The position numbers were made by a program, and so were the translations under genes. A stretch of 64,000 bases of DNA from Octopus vulgaris (taxonomy: Eukaryota), in NCBI GenBank assembly GCA_951406725.2, contig OX597823.1, positions 39,618,001 through 39,682,000 of the forward strand. Reading direction: 5' to 3'. This document shows, in pieces, positions 1 to 11,915 of the stretch. The notes beneath the pieces are model-generated. The model was given only the letters and a program-made list of their open reading frames with translations. It made no database searches and was not told the DNA's origin. The first letter of the stretch is position 1, and every line of letters begins with the position of its first letter.

Positions 1-599
1 CAGCATTTCGCCCGTCTTTACATTCTGGTTTAAAATTCCACCAGGGATGACATTAATGTAACCCACTTATCTTCCACCCCTGAAATTGCTGGCCTTGTGT
101 CAAAATTTGAAATCAATATTACCTTGATGCCTCGTATGCTTGTCATGTACTCAGGAGATTTCATTTGCACCTAAGTGATAGAATTTGCTTTTCCAAAATT
201 TAAAGCAACAAATTTTAAAGATATTAAATAGAGAAGATATACCACTCAAAGCGTAGTTTTAATTATCATATTTATAATTTAAAATTTCCCTTTTAATTTT
301 TTGTTTCTTAGTAAGAAATAAGAAAACAAGCTGTTCTATTTTCTTTTCTTTTTTTTTCTTCGTATTGTCTGTCTAAAGTCTTGGACGTTGAGTGATGGAA
401 TAGTTCCACATCGATTTCTCTCCAATTCCAATGATAATATAAACTCAATCAGCAAATAAACAAAACACAAGTCAGTTATACTATACTCCTCTTTACTGCG
501 ACAAATTACATTTCTCTACTTATAGTCAATATTTTTTAGTGTCTGGTTATTAGAATTATGGACACCATCTAATTCCTATTCAAGTTTCAAGTTTTGGCT

Positions 600-1025
600 C
601 AGGGCCAGCAGTTTCAGAGGAGACGGTTAGTTGATTACATTGGCCCTAGTATCTGACTGGTACTTTATTTTATTGACACCTAAAGGATGAAAGGCAAGCT
701 TGACCTCGGTAGGATTTAAACTTAGAGTATAAAAAGACGGAAGAAATACTGCAAAGAATTTTGTCCGATGCTCTAGATATTCTGCCAGCTCGCCACCTTG
801 ATAATTATAATAAGAATCCTTTCATATATGGGCACAGACCTCAAAATTTGGGGGAGAGAAACAGACAATTACATTGACCCCAGTGCTCAATTTGTACTTA
901 TTTTATCGACCCCGATAGGGTGAAAACAAAATCAACCTCGGAGGGATTTGAAATTAGATCATAAAGACAGACAAAATATTGCTAAGTATATTGTCCCGCG
1001 TGGTAACAATTCTGTCAGCTCTCCG
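600..1025 (-). mobile_element. Two degraded copies of tRNA-derived SINE family A (head GGCGGCGAGCTGGCAGAA)
   Basis: Reverse complement matches the family A body (tctgccagctcgcc; atcgacccc..aggatgaaaggcaa..gacctcgg) seen in the cleaner copies at 4281 and 61698. Confidence 0.8.
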
Positions 1026-1073
<48 letters not shown>

Positions 1074-1150
1074 TATCATCATTATCATCATTATTATCAT
1101 TATCATCATTATTATCATTATCATCATTATCATCATTATCATCATTATTA

Positions 1151-1224
<74 letters not shown>
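1026..1224. repeat. (CAT)n/(TAT)n compound microsatellite
   Basis: Direct reading; source of the poly-H/Y/I ORFs. Confidence 0.97.
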
Positions 1225-1714
1225 GAGTGAGAGACCAGTGCATGCTATCAAAGTGACACTGGGCTAAACTATACGAAGTCCATTATACCCATCATGACTA
1301 CCCGTCTGATAAGGGTACACTAGGCACATGCATCATAACCATATGTGCGCGACATGGTGATCTCATATCAAGATAAACAGCGCATAACCTTGCAGGTGGG
1401 ACCCTGTTAGAATTTTCTTCCGGTCCAATAACCCATCCCGCTCAAAATGTCCCTGAATAAGGATTGTTTAAGGATGTTGAACAAACCACCCATGTTTCCA
1501 AAGGTGAATTATCCAAACCTCTATGAATTCCTTTCAACACATGGTTATGATGCTCCCTCACTACTTCTGCTCGTGGTCAGAGATGCACATATCGTCAGCT
1601 ACTAAGGGACATGGTCAACTGGTTAAGGTCAAACAACTGACAAGCAAATCTGTGTTATCTGGGTTTCGTATATTTTAGCCCACTGTCACTTTGATAACAG
1701 GCACTCTCTCACTC
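1225..1714. mobile_element. Repeat with ~50-bp imperfect inverted ends lying between (TAT)n and (AAT)n; probably a retroelement 3' end plus a short inverted copy
   Basis: gagtgagagaccagtgcatgctatcaaagtgacactgggctaaactatacgaa (from 1225) is inversely matched by ttcgtatattttagcccactgtcactttgataacaggcactctctcactc (to 1714). Confidence 0.65.
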
Positions 1715-1739
1715 AATAATGATGATGATGATGATGATC

Positions 1740-1834
<95 letters not shown>

Positions 1835-1846
1835 AAGAAGAAGAAG

Positions 1847-1900
<54 letters not shown>

Positions 1901-1920
1901 AGCAACAATAACAATCACAA
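1715..1920. repeat. Compound (GAT)/(AAT)/(AAG)/(AAC) microsatellite
   Basis: Direct reading. Confidence 0.97.
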
Positions 1921-2285
1921 CAATATTATTATATTTATTGGCTGCAGACACGTTCAGATAGAGTTTCAACTTTCAGAAAGTTGCGTTTTATAAATTCTGC
2001 CTATCCAACGACCACAATATATTCTTTATTTGCCAGTTCTTAAAGATAACGAGAAAAGTAGAAAGGACTGAGATAAACAAATGAAAACAAGATACAAAAA
2101 AGCAATGAAAATATCAATTGAACCAGAGGCATGGCTGTGTGCTTTAGAAGTTTGCTTTGAACCATGTGGCTTCAGGTTCAGTCCTATTGTACGAAACCTC
2201 GGGTAATGAGCATCGTCCACCATAGCTCCGGACTGAACTGTGCCATGTGAGGGAATTTGGTTTAGGGAAAGTAAGTGGAAATCCG

Positions 2286-2319
<34 letters not shown>

Positions 2320-2719
2320 TTATATATATATATAATATAAATAAATAGCAAGGATGTACTTATTTACATTGTTCACCTAACTTGGACCTGTGCGGACTAT
2401 AACGTACTGGCGAAGTGCCTCAATTTAAGTACTTAATTCAACTGTATCTTAATTAATTATATATCTGTGTGTGTGTGAAGTGTGCATGTGCGTATATGGT
2501 CTTGTGTTTCAGTCTTCAAATTGTGTATGTATGTGTGTGTGCTTGTCTGTCCACATTACCTGTGCACCTATCTATCTGTTTATCTATCTGTTTACTTACA
2601 TATCCATTTACTTACATATATCTATATATAATAATATAAATAATATATAAATATATGCATATATACATATATGTACATACCTACATATATATGTATATAC
2701 ATGCATATATGGTTATAGG

Positions 2720-2945
2720 ACATCAAAAAAACTTTGAACACAATGAAAAGCGAAAACAAAAACAAAAACATATAAAACGAACTTTTTCGAACAACGAAAA
2801 AAACAGAGAAACGAAACATGCAACATAAAAATATTCCCCTTCATCAGTTGTCCCTGTTCGAAGGCAAAGACAATACGCAACTTCACTGAAACAGTCCTTC
2901 CCGCAAAGCAAATTAAATAAAATTTGGGATTTATTGCGAAGGGTT
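2720..2945 (-). mobile_element. Putative 3' terminal repeat (pLTR/UTR) of the adjacent Penelope-like element; second copy at about 28200-28460
   Basis: Shares cttcatcagttgtccc and aaacagtccttcc..gcaaagcaaattaaataaaatttgggatt with 28330-28450; lies directly downstream of the RT fragment on the minus strand. Confidence 0.55.
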
Positions 2946-2949
2946 ATAG

Positions 2950-3595
2950 CTCCCCTGTATACCCGAACCCTATCTTTCTGATCATAGAATTGCCTGCTGT
3001 GCATGAAGTTCTGTACATGTTTCTTTGTTTCATAGGGTTCGCATAGGAGGAACACGTTGTTCATTATCCTAAGTCTGCTATCAGTATGTTGATTTTCATG
3101 TTGTGTGACAAAGCTGAGTTCTTGTGAACAACATATATAGAAGTTATGGGTTTCATGTAATAGGAGTGGAAGAGCTGCACTCTGTTGTTCACAATCTCTA
3201 ACCAAAGTTCGGTATCAAGGACAGGGAGTCTATTGTTAGGGTGCCAAGTGGGATAATCTATAGTTACCTTGAAACTTTGGTGGATGGAGTTAGCTTTGTG
3301 ATGGACGCTCTCCATTATGCTCCTCTCGGTTTCTACACTACAGTTACTAGACTTTTTTTCCTAACTAGAATATTAATGTCATCTACATACCTACAGAAAA
3401 GCAAAAGAGTTTTGGATTGTTCAACTAAGGATTGTTTATGCTTTCTGTTCCACCAGGTCATGAAGAGACCAGCTACACCGACACCAATGGCTGCACCTTG
3501 AACCTGCATGTATAGTTTCCTGTTAAACGTTACTAAGTCATCGTTCAATGTGGTTTTTATGCTAGCCCCTATTGCATGTGCAATCATTCTTTTCA
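2950..3595 (-). pseudogene. Penelope-like retroelement reverse transcriptase fragment (frameshifted)
   Basis: Minus-strand ORFs give FNRKLYMQVQGAAIGVGVAG...FCRYVDDINIL (RT core, YVDD), then NSIHQSFKVTIDYPTWHPNNRLPVLDTELW...YMKPITSIYVVHKNSA, typical of the PLE RT C-terminal/thumb region. Confidence 0.8.
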
Positions 3596-3644
3596 CATAT
3601 GTGTATACACATTCACTCTGACGCACACATATGAGCACAAACAT

Positions 3645-4115
3645 ACAGCTGTGAGGGGAAATCGTCGAATCACCATCCGTGAGTTATCAGAGGATGTGCA
3701 GATTAGTTATGGTGCAGTTCAGTCCATTATCACTGAAGATCTAGGTATGATGCGCGTGTCTGTCAAGTTTGGGCCAAAACTGCTTTCAGCTGACCAAGAA
3801 GACACTCGGCTTTCAGTTGCACAAGATATCCTTGATTGCGTCGACATCGATGAAAACTTTTTGAGAACTTTGCGTAGGCCTCTGAGCAGGTACCGCCAAG
3901 CATCTGGCAAAATTTGATGTAGATTCTCTGCTTAACTTTTTCTGCCATCGAAGATCACACGCCACACACCTTCCTTCCAAGCACTGCTGTAAAGAGCGGA
4001 AGTGAGCAAGAATGTTAAAGCTTAGTGTGCATGCACATCAGAATTCGCGGTCAATCTGTGCCAAGTGGCTTCACTATGCTTGCTTTTGTTTCGTTACTAT
4101 AGCAACAGTCTGGAT
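3645..4115. mobile_element. Rearranged mariner (DD34D-type) transposase remnant
   Basis: Plus frame VRGNRRITIRELSEDVQISYGAVQSIITEDLGMMRVSVKFGPKLLS (HTH plus WVP-like region). Minus frame MAEKVKQRIYIKFCQMLGGTCSEAY (mariner N-terminus). TIR-like end ttgatcagaccacg-TA near 4115. Confidence 0.8.
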
Positions 4116-4280
4116 ACATATTGATCAGACCACGTATGTGTGTCCGATCATAGGTGACTGTTGAATGATTCGATAACACAGTGTACTATTGATATAGCAC
4201 ATGCTAAATGTCTCTCACACGACACCTGCGTAAACCCAGCCAATACATTAAAGTAACTGCGATGACAGACTTTTAATATC

Positions 4281-4511
4281 TGTTTCTTTACTACCCACAA
4301 GGAGCTAAACACAGAGGGGACAAACAAGGACAGACAAACGGATTAAGTCGATTATACCGACCCCAGTGTGTAACTGGTACTTAATTTATCGACCCCGAAA
4401 GGATGAAAGGAAAAGTCGACCTCGGCAGAATTTGAACTCAGAACGTAACAGCAGCCGAAATACCGCTAGGCATTCCGGCCGGCGTGCTAACGATTCTGCC
4501 AGCTCGCCGCC
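4281..4511 (-). mobile_element. Full-length tRNA-derived SINE family A with 8-bp TSD
   Basis: A/B-box-like head (tggcagaatcgttag; gagttcaaattc). ttaatatc is duplicated at 4273-4280 and 4512-4519. Confidence 0.92.
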
Positions 4512-4738
4512 TTAATATCATTTCCTCAACAGGCCCCATCCAATATATATATATCGCCCTCTAAGACAGTTTCACCTGTATATCTATTCTTTCTTTCATT
4601 TTCTAGTAATCGTCTCGCGCTTTAAACTTCGTGTAATCTAATTTTTCCTCTGCCGGTCTCATACTATCTATATCCTTCTCCTATTTACTTTCCTTTGACA
4701 ACAAAAAAAAAAAAGATGCTTTCTTCCTTTCTTGTCTG

Positions 4739-4776
<38 letters not shown>

Positions 4777-4777
<1 letters not shown>

Positions 4778-5157
4778 GAGGCGCAATGGCCCAGTGGTTA
4801 GGGCAGCGGACTCGCGGTCGTAGGATCGCGATTTCGATTCCCAGACCGGGCATTGTGAGTGTTTATTGAGCGAAAACACCTAAAACTTCACAAGGCTCCT
4901 GCAGGGGGTGGTGGTGAACCCTGCTGTACTCTTTCACCACAACTTTCTCTCACTCTTACTTCCTGTTTCTGTTGTACCTGTATTTCAAAGGGCCAGCCTT
5001 GTCACACTCTGTGCCACGCTGAACCTCCTCGAGAACTACGTTGAGGGTACATGTGTCTGTGGAATGCTCAGCCACTTGCACGTTAATTCCATGAGCAAGC
5101 TGTTCCGTTGATCGTATCAGCTGGGACCCTCATCGTCGTAACCGACGGAGTGCTCCT
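4777..5157 (+). mobile_element. tRNA(Arg)-like-headed SINE (family C; resembles octopus OR-type SINEs)
   Basis: Head ggcgcaatggcccagtggttagggcagcggactcgcggtcgtaggatcgcgatttcgattccc is tRNA-like with A and B boxes. Flanked by (TA)n; tail shared with the 29378 copy. Confidence 0.85.
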
Positions 5158-5585
5158 ATATATATATATTTTGATATGGATATTTAATAATAAGGACAAT
5201 CGTAGCAGTGTCTCATTCCCTAACTGGAGCGGGCAAATAACAGTATGGGCGCCCAAGTTGAAGGTCTTTCTCGAGAAACTGATTTATGCATGAATATACC
5301 TTATGTGACCCAGATTGCAAAATTAATGCAACGCAGTATGATGATCAGCATCCCACTCATAAAGGACAGTCGCAGGATGGGTCGAGATGATCGTCGTACA
5401 AAATAAAGAATTTTACCAATTTCATCCTCTGTTAACATAATCGATTATTGTCTCAACTAATACTGCGGAATTCCAAAAGTTGATCCAACGGAGATAAACC
5501 CCAACCGCAGATGACAGCAGGTAGCCCAAATTGCCAGTGCTTGACTTAATGCATCAGTACACTAACTGACATATATTCATTAGTT

Positions 5586-5630
<45 letters not shown>

Positions 5631-5639
5631 CATGTATAA

Positions 5640-5855
5640 CGTGACGAGCTGACAGAATCGTTAGCACGCCGGGCAACATGCTTAGTGGTACTTCGTCCAT
5701 CTTTATGTTCTGTGCTCAAATTCTGCTTAGGCAGACTTTGCCTTTCATCCTTCCAGGGTCAATAAAATAAGTGCGAATTGAACACTGGGGTCGATGGAGC
5801 CGACTTATTTCCTCACCCGAAATTGCTGGCCTTGTGCCAAAATTCGAAATCAATA
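5640..5855 (+). mobile_element. SINE family A, older copy
   Basis: gacgagctgacagaatcgttagcacgccggg...gactttgcctttcatcctt. Confidence 0.8.
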
Positions 5856-6431
5856 TCGTGTGTGTGTGTGTGTCTGTGTCTGTGTGCACGCGCGTGTATG
5901 TGTCTTCGCTTGTGTGTTTGTCACTCTACACCACTTAAAAGCCGGTGACCGACAGAAGAGATTACGAAAAATCCCCAATAGTGGGGATCAAGCAAAGAGC
6001 CTCTATATCTTCGATTATCCTGATCATGAAAAGCAGTTTTCTCCTCCCAGCTGTCACTTCACGGTTGCAGTTGTCACTTCCATGCGCACGCACCGAGGTG
6101 ACGCATTCATTCGAGTCACGTCTACCACTTTCATCCGCTGGTTTGATAGCACATTTATTGGCGGGCAGGACCACCCACTCTATCTTCACCATCTCGCTCT
6201 AGAAAATGGATCCTGGTAGAGGTGGCAGTGTCATAAAAAAATGTTATTAAAGAGAAATATCCGTTGTCACAAGTAGCATGTGGTTCAAATACTACAAAGG
6301 TTTATGGAGAAACCTTTATTAATTCAGTTGTTTTTGTTTTTCATTCATTCAGATCAGTCATTCATCTTTAAAAAAAAAATATTTTAATATCTCTGTATTG
6401 CTTCGTTTATTTTTTCTTTTGCTTTGTATTA

Positions 6432-6472
<41 letters not shown>

Positions 6473-6514
6473 AATCTATATGTATGTGTGTGTGTGTGTG
6501 TATGTATGTATGTT

Positions 6515-6551
<37 letters not shown>

Positions 6552-7229
6552 CTTGTATGTATATATATATATGTTTGTATATATCCACACACATATTTAT
6601 AAAATTAGTCGACAAATACTGCGTAATTAACCTAGGCACAAGCCAGTTAGTCTGTTCACAAATGTAATTGTGAAGAGAGAACTCATGGTTTTTCAAGCAT
6701 AAAACGAATGAATAAAGACTGAATAACAATATCAAAATAACATAAAATAACAATAAACTTAATAAAGATTAATATAAAAAAAAAAAACTAGTGATAAAAA
6801 AACAACAACATAGGACTTTATCATAGAGCAGAATAAAGAGCATTAGTAAACAACAACAACAACAACAACAACAATAATAATAAAAACAATGATAATAACA
6901 TTTATTTTTATTTTTTATATAGTACGCAGTTGAAACAAAAGCGTAGAACAGTTATAAATCAAAAATTATAATAAAACAAAGCATCATTGTAAGTTGTAAG
7001 TAAAGCATGTGTTTCTAAGTGAATGGATTTATCTGAATGCGTAGGCACAGAGTATTTTATGATTGGTTAATTTGACGACGTTGATTGACCGGAAGTTGAT
7101 GGGGGGTTAAGCGGTGTGTTAGTTAGCTGGTTGGTTTGTTAATATTTTTTTTTTTTAGAAAATATTAATTTGTTTGTGGTTGATTTCTTTCTTCCTTTTC
7201 CAAAAAATGTCGTGTTTAGTTTACACTGC

Positions 7230-7314
<85 letters not shown>

Positions 7315-7381
7315 GTATACAATTTTTATTATCATACGCTTATTTCGTGTTCTTAATGAACGAGGAACAAATTCATGATTA

Positions 7382-7425
<44 letters not shown>

Positions 7426-7759
7426 CGACGACGACGACGACGACGACAATGATACTTTCTTGTAATGATGGCGATCTTTAGAGGACAGTGATGATGGTGG
7501 TGATGATAATGGTGATACTGGTGGCGGTGGGGATAATGATCGCAACATTCTTTGTACAGAAAAAAAAAATTGGCGGTCGAAGGTTAAAAATTCTTTGAAT
7601 GGAACTAACCATCCATGATTGAAGACCAATACCTCAGGTTCAATTGTGTTGAGTTTATTTCGCCCAAGAATTTCGTTATTTGTTACATGCACTTGTAAAT
7701 GTGTATGTGAGGTATATATATACATGGACGCACTTCGCCCCCTCTCCCTTTCTAATTAA

Positions 7760-7900
7760 CACTCGGTGCAGATCATCATGATACTGGTAACTTTTTTCCA
7801 ATATTCTGATGGCATCCAGTCCTCCATGTCAGTTCACTTATTCTCAACTACAGCTTTAATTTGTATGTTTTGTAACGCCGTTACTTGTCACCAATACATG
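7760..7900 (-). mobile_element. Fragment of the Tc1/mariner-superfamily element seen at 44203-45060
   Basis: Reverse complement aactgacatggaggactggatgccatcagaatattgga matches 44327-44365. Confidence 0.65.
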
Positions 7901-8278
7901 AAGTTGTTCTCCTTCAGTCACGAACTTAATAGCTGCAGTTGTTTCCCTCTGTGGCGGTGTTTCTTGAGCCATTTTGGTTCCAGGATGTGTTGCAAGATAT
8001 ATTGTAAGAACTTTGTCATGACACCGCTTGTATCTTCCTTGAATAAGTGCGATTTTGCAACCAGAGTGCCCTTTTCTCCACAAAGTCAACACAGCTTGTT
8101 CCTTTTCGAACCGCATCTGTGCAATTTTGTTGGTATTAGGAGTGAGTTACACATCGCTCACAGCGGGAAGGAGATACGGAGAGGTTCCAATCGCCACTGG
8201 TCTGTCCATGTGACGTTCTGCTAGTGTAGGTCCCATTTAGTCCAGGCTCCCTAAGATACCAGCTTCACAGCTCTTGAC

Positions 8279-8353
<75 letters not shown>

Positions 8354-8504
8354 ATATAAAATAAATATAAGAGAGTGGTCACTATATGGCTCACTCTAGC
8401 ACCAGTTAATCCAAAAGGTTTCAACCACAAAAATACATGCTTCCCATGAAAGTCAGTACGATTGTTAGCTCACACGGACAGGGCAAATAAAAAATAACAA
8501 AATA

Positions 8505-8600
8505 CAGATTATTTTGGGACAATTGTTTCGCTATTAATGAATTAAATGTAATTTTACTTACAATAAAATCCACTTGTAGCTCTTCAGCCAAAACTATCTG
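8505..8600 (-). ncRNA. Type I hammerhead ribozyme (inverted copy)
   Basis: Reverse complement reads cagatagttttgg-CTGAAGA-gcta..tagc-GAAAC-aatt-GTC-ccaaaataatctg. Confidence 0.8.
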
Positions 8601-8714
8601 GATGAAATCCACTCAATCACACGCCAGATTTTACCATAACGATAAATACGCGTGTGGTTCAATTGATTACATCCGACGTTATAATTCAAATGCCCCAACT
8701 AACAGCGCGCCAAA

Positions 8715-8790
8715 CTGAAGAGCTACAAGTGGATTTTATTGTAAGTAAAATTACATTTAATTCATTAATAGCGAAACAATTGTCCCAAAA
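8715..8790 (+). ncRNA. Hammerhead core lacking its 5' stem I strand (cut by the inversion junction)
   Basis: CTGAAGA at 8715, GAAACAATTGTC at 8773-8784, but preceded by gcgccaaa instead of ttttgg. Confidence 0.6.
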
Positions 8791-9235
8791 TAATCTGTAT
8801 TTTGTTATTTTTTATTTGCCCTGTCCGTGTGAGCTAACAATCGTACTGACTTTCATGGGAAGCATGTATTTTTGTGGTTGAAACCTTTTGGATTAACTGG
8901 TGCTAGAGTGAGCCATATAGTGACCACTCTCTTATATTTATTTTGTAAAAATATTATAATATATTATAAAATATTATAATAATCCAGGTTTCTCGGAGCA
9001 CTAGGCCACTTGGTGTAGAATAGATATACTATTAAATTAGTATCTAATTCTCTCACCCTTATTAATTAATTATAATTATGCTGCATTTATTTCTAAATGC
9101 TGTATTTGTTTTCCGTGAAAGTTTGGCGCGCTGTTAGTTGGGGCATTTGAATTATAACGTCGGATGTAATCAATTGAACCACACGCGTATTTATCGTTAT
9201 GGTAAAATCTGGCGTGTGATTGAGTGGATTTCATC

Positions 9236-9331
9236 CAGATAGTTTTGGCTGAAGAGCTACAAGTGGATTTTATTGTAAGTAAAATTACATTTAATTCATT
9301 AATAGCGAAACAATTGTCCCAAAATAATCTG
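9236..9331 (+). ncRNA. Type I hammerhead ribozyme, predicted cleavage after C9318
   Basis: Stem I ttttgg (9243-48)/ccaaaa (9319-24), extendable to cagat/atctg. CTGAAGA 9249-55. Stem II gcta/tagc around a 43-nt insert. GAAAC-aatt-GTC 9307-18. Confidence 0.85.
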
Positions 9332-9599
9332 TATTTTGTTATTTTTTATTTGCCCTGTCCGTGTGAGCTAACAATCGTACTGACTTTCATGGGAAGCATG
9401 TATTTTTGTGGTTGAAACCTTTTGGATTAACTGGTGCTAGAGTGAGCCATATAGTGACCACTCTCTTATATTTATTTTGTAAAAATATTATAATATATTA
9501 TAAAATATTATAATAATCCAGGTTTCTCGGAGCACTAGGCCACTTGGTGTAGAATAGATATACTATTAAATTAGTATCTAATTCTCTCACCCTTATTAA

Positions 9600-9642
<43 letters not shown>

Positions 9643-10466
9643 GCGACTTCAGGTCATCAGCGTCACTTGGGCTCTTCACAGATTTCGTCACTCGACCTAA
9701 TCAGAGATTTTGCATAGGACACATGCTTGCTCGAATAATTTCGCGTTTTCCTGCTTTATTTCTTGTCCCCAATGGCATATTTTTTATATCTAGCACTACG
9801 TCTTTTTCCATTTCTAAGTTAAGGGGGGAAAATAAAGCAACCCTGCAAAACACAACTAATCTTTACACACAGACGCACAGAATAACAGCAATCAAATAAC
9901 GACAACGAGTGCACAGTAAACACCAGCGATCTGACTGTCGCCTGTACTCTTGACAAGAGATACCAGTTAGTCTTTCACACCTACCCGGCCCGTTCGTATT
10001 AGCCTGAGTTGCTGGATAATTTTTCGCTCCTTTAAGAATTTGGGAGAATGCAAACTTTTCATAGATTGAAATTTAAATCCTAATCTCCATAGAAATGTAT
10101 TGCTTCAAGAAAACATTGAATTTTAATTACGTTTACATTTTACGATTATATATAACAACTCGGGCTGTAACTTCTGAGCCCGAGTCAGGCGCATGTGAAC
10201 GATATCGAAAGAACGTCTGCTACGAATGATATTTTTTAACACAGGGTACCTCTAAGACGACCGCCAGACGCTGAACGAAAATAAATGAACTGCGACCAGG
10301 TTCTACAAAAGGAGCTCGAGTGATTGGCTGAAATTACGTACTTTAAGGTAGTCTTGGCAGAAATTAAATCAAGAAACAATAAACAGGTGTGTTAGTTTAA
10401 TGTTCAGGAAGAACGGGAAAAGTCCTAGAGTCTTAGAGGTTACGAGCCTACGCTCTTTATATATAT

Positions 10467-10725
10467 AACAATTGCAGCGTGGAATGGTGTTTGTAAGCCA
10501 TTTAAGAAACACACAAAAGCCGTTCGATTCACTTCAACATTTAAGTTTAATTTGTCAAAATATTTTCGTCGCTGAAAATATTTTGACAAATTAAACTTAA
10601 ATGTTGAAGTGAATCGAACGGCTTTTGTGTGTTTCTTAAATGGCTTATAAGCACCCTTCCACGCTGCAATTGTTTTCGTTCCAGCACACGATTTCAGATC
10701 AAATCACTTGCTATGCAAGTACATC

Positions 10726-10728
<3 letters not shown>
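10467..10728 (+). mobile_element. pLTR-like fragment with a ~100-bp fold-back (palindrome 10467-10674)
   Basis: Arms are near-perfect reverse complements around a gtcgct spacer (10568-73). Ends cccc-tata into (TA)n, like the 56631 element. Confidence 0.65.
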
Positions 10729-10776
<48 letters not shown>

Positions 10777-10805
10777 TATATATATATATATACACACACA
10801 TATAC

Positions 10806-10839
<34 letters not shown>

Positions 10840-11069
10840 ATGTGTGTGTGTGTGTATTAATTATCTGTGTCTATATGTTTGGATCACCACGTGTCCTGTG
10901 ACTCCAACGCTACAGGAGTTTAACTAATATTCTATTATTCATGATTTCTTTTATTAAATTCAGTTTCTTATTCTGATATTTTGTTATTCTGCAAATCTTT
11001 ATATTTGTTAAACTTCCATAACCTTCATGCTTATCTGACCAGAAAAGTTACAATTAAATTTAATGTTTC

Positions 11070-11410
11070 CTTGTTTCAGTTATTTGACTTCGGCCACGCT
11101 GGAACACCCTCTTTAGTCGAGCAAATCGACCCCCCCCCAGGACTTATTCTTTGTAAGTCAAGTAGTTTTTCTATCGAACCGCTAGGTTACGAGGACTTAA
11201 ATGCGCCAGAGATATTGGGGCCGAGGGACAAACATAGACACACATATACACACTCACGTACATATACGACAGGTTTCTTTCAGTTTCCGTCGACCAAATC
11301 CACTCACAAGGCTTTGGTCGGCCCGAGGCTATAGCAGAAGACACGCGGTGAGACTGAGCCTGGAGCCATGTGGTTGGTGAGCAAGCTACTTACCACACAA
11401 GCAAGCTACT
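11070..11410 (-). mobile_element. SINE family B
   Basis: Reverse complement of tgtgtggtaagtagcttgct...gccgaccaaagccttgtgagtggatttgg. Confidence 0.8.
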
Positions 11411-11447
11411 TACAAGTCCTGCGCCTATATACGTATACATATATATA

Positions 11448-11492
<45 letters not shown>

Positions 11493-11688
11493 GTATGTAT
11501 ATATATATATATATATATATATACAGTAAAAATATATATATGTATATATATATATGTATGTATATTTATCTATATCTATATACATATATATGCATACAAT
11601 CACGAAAATATAGATATGTACAAACATTTATTACATTTATGTATATATATATATAATATATACATATATATGTGTATGTGTATGTATG

Positions 11689-11734
<46 letters not shown>

Positions 11735-11915
11735 GGTCCCGGGTTGATTCGGGGTTAACCACAGTAAATAAGGTACTCAATACATAGCAGAGTAAAATTA
11801 ATTTATTATATAGAAGGAGCTTCTACAGGACTAGAACTGTTTCATTCAAGAGAAATCTTCCTGAAGATTTCTCTTGAATGAAACAGTTCTAGTCCTGTAG
11901 AAGCTCCTTCTATAT

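Larger units (their letters stand above)
8361..9607 (+). mobile_element. Non-autonomous Penelope-like pLTR/retrozyme: inverted partial unit (8361-8716) plus about 1.7 tandem units with a 534-bp period (8715-9607), inside (TA)n
   Basis: 8715-9070 repeats at 9249-9607. 8361-8716 is the reverse complement of 9120-9475. The copies look identical (the same 63-aa translation appears at 8421- and 9224+), and each contains a hammerhead core. Confidence 0.85.

Noticed and set aside
4777-4855. Possible tRNA-Arg gene
   Set aside because: Acceptor stem does not close and the sequence continues into a SINE body seen elsewhere in the window.
9224-9415. 63-aa ORF present three times
   Set aside because: A by-product of the repeated hammerhead unit; GTG start and no domain.
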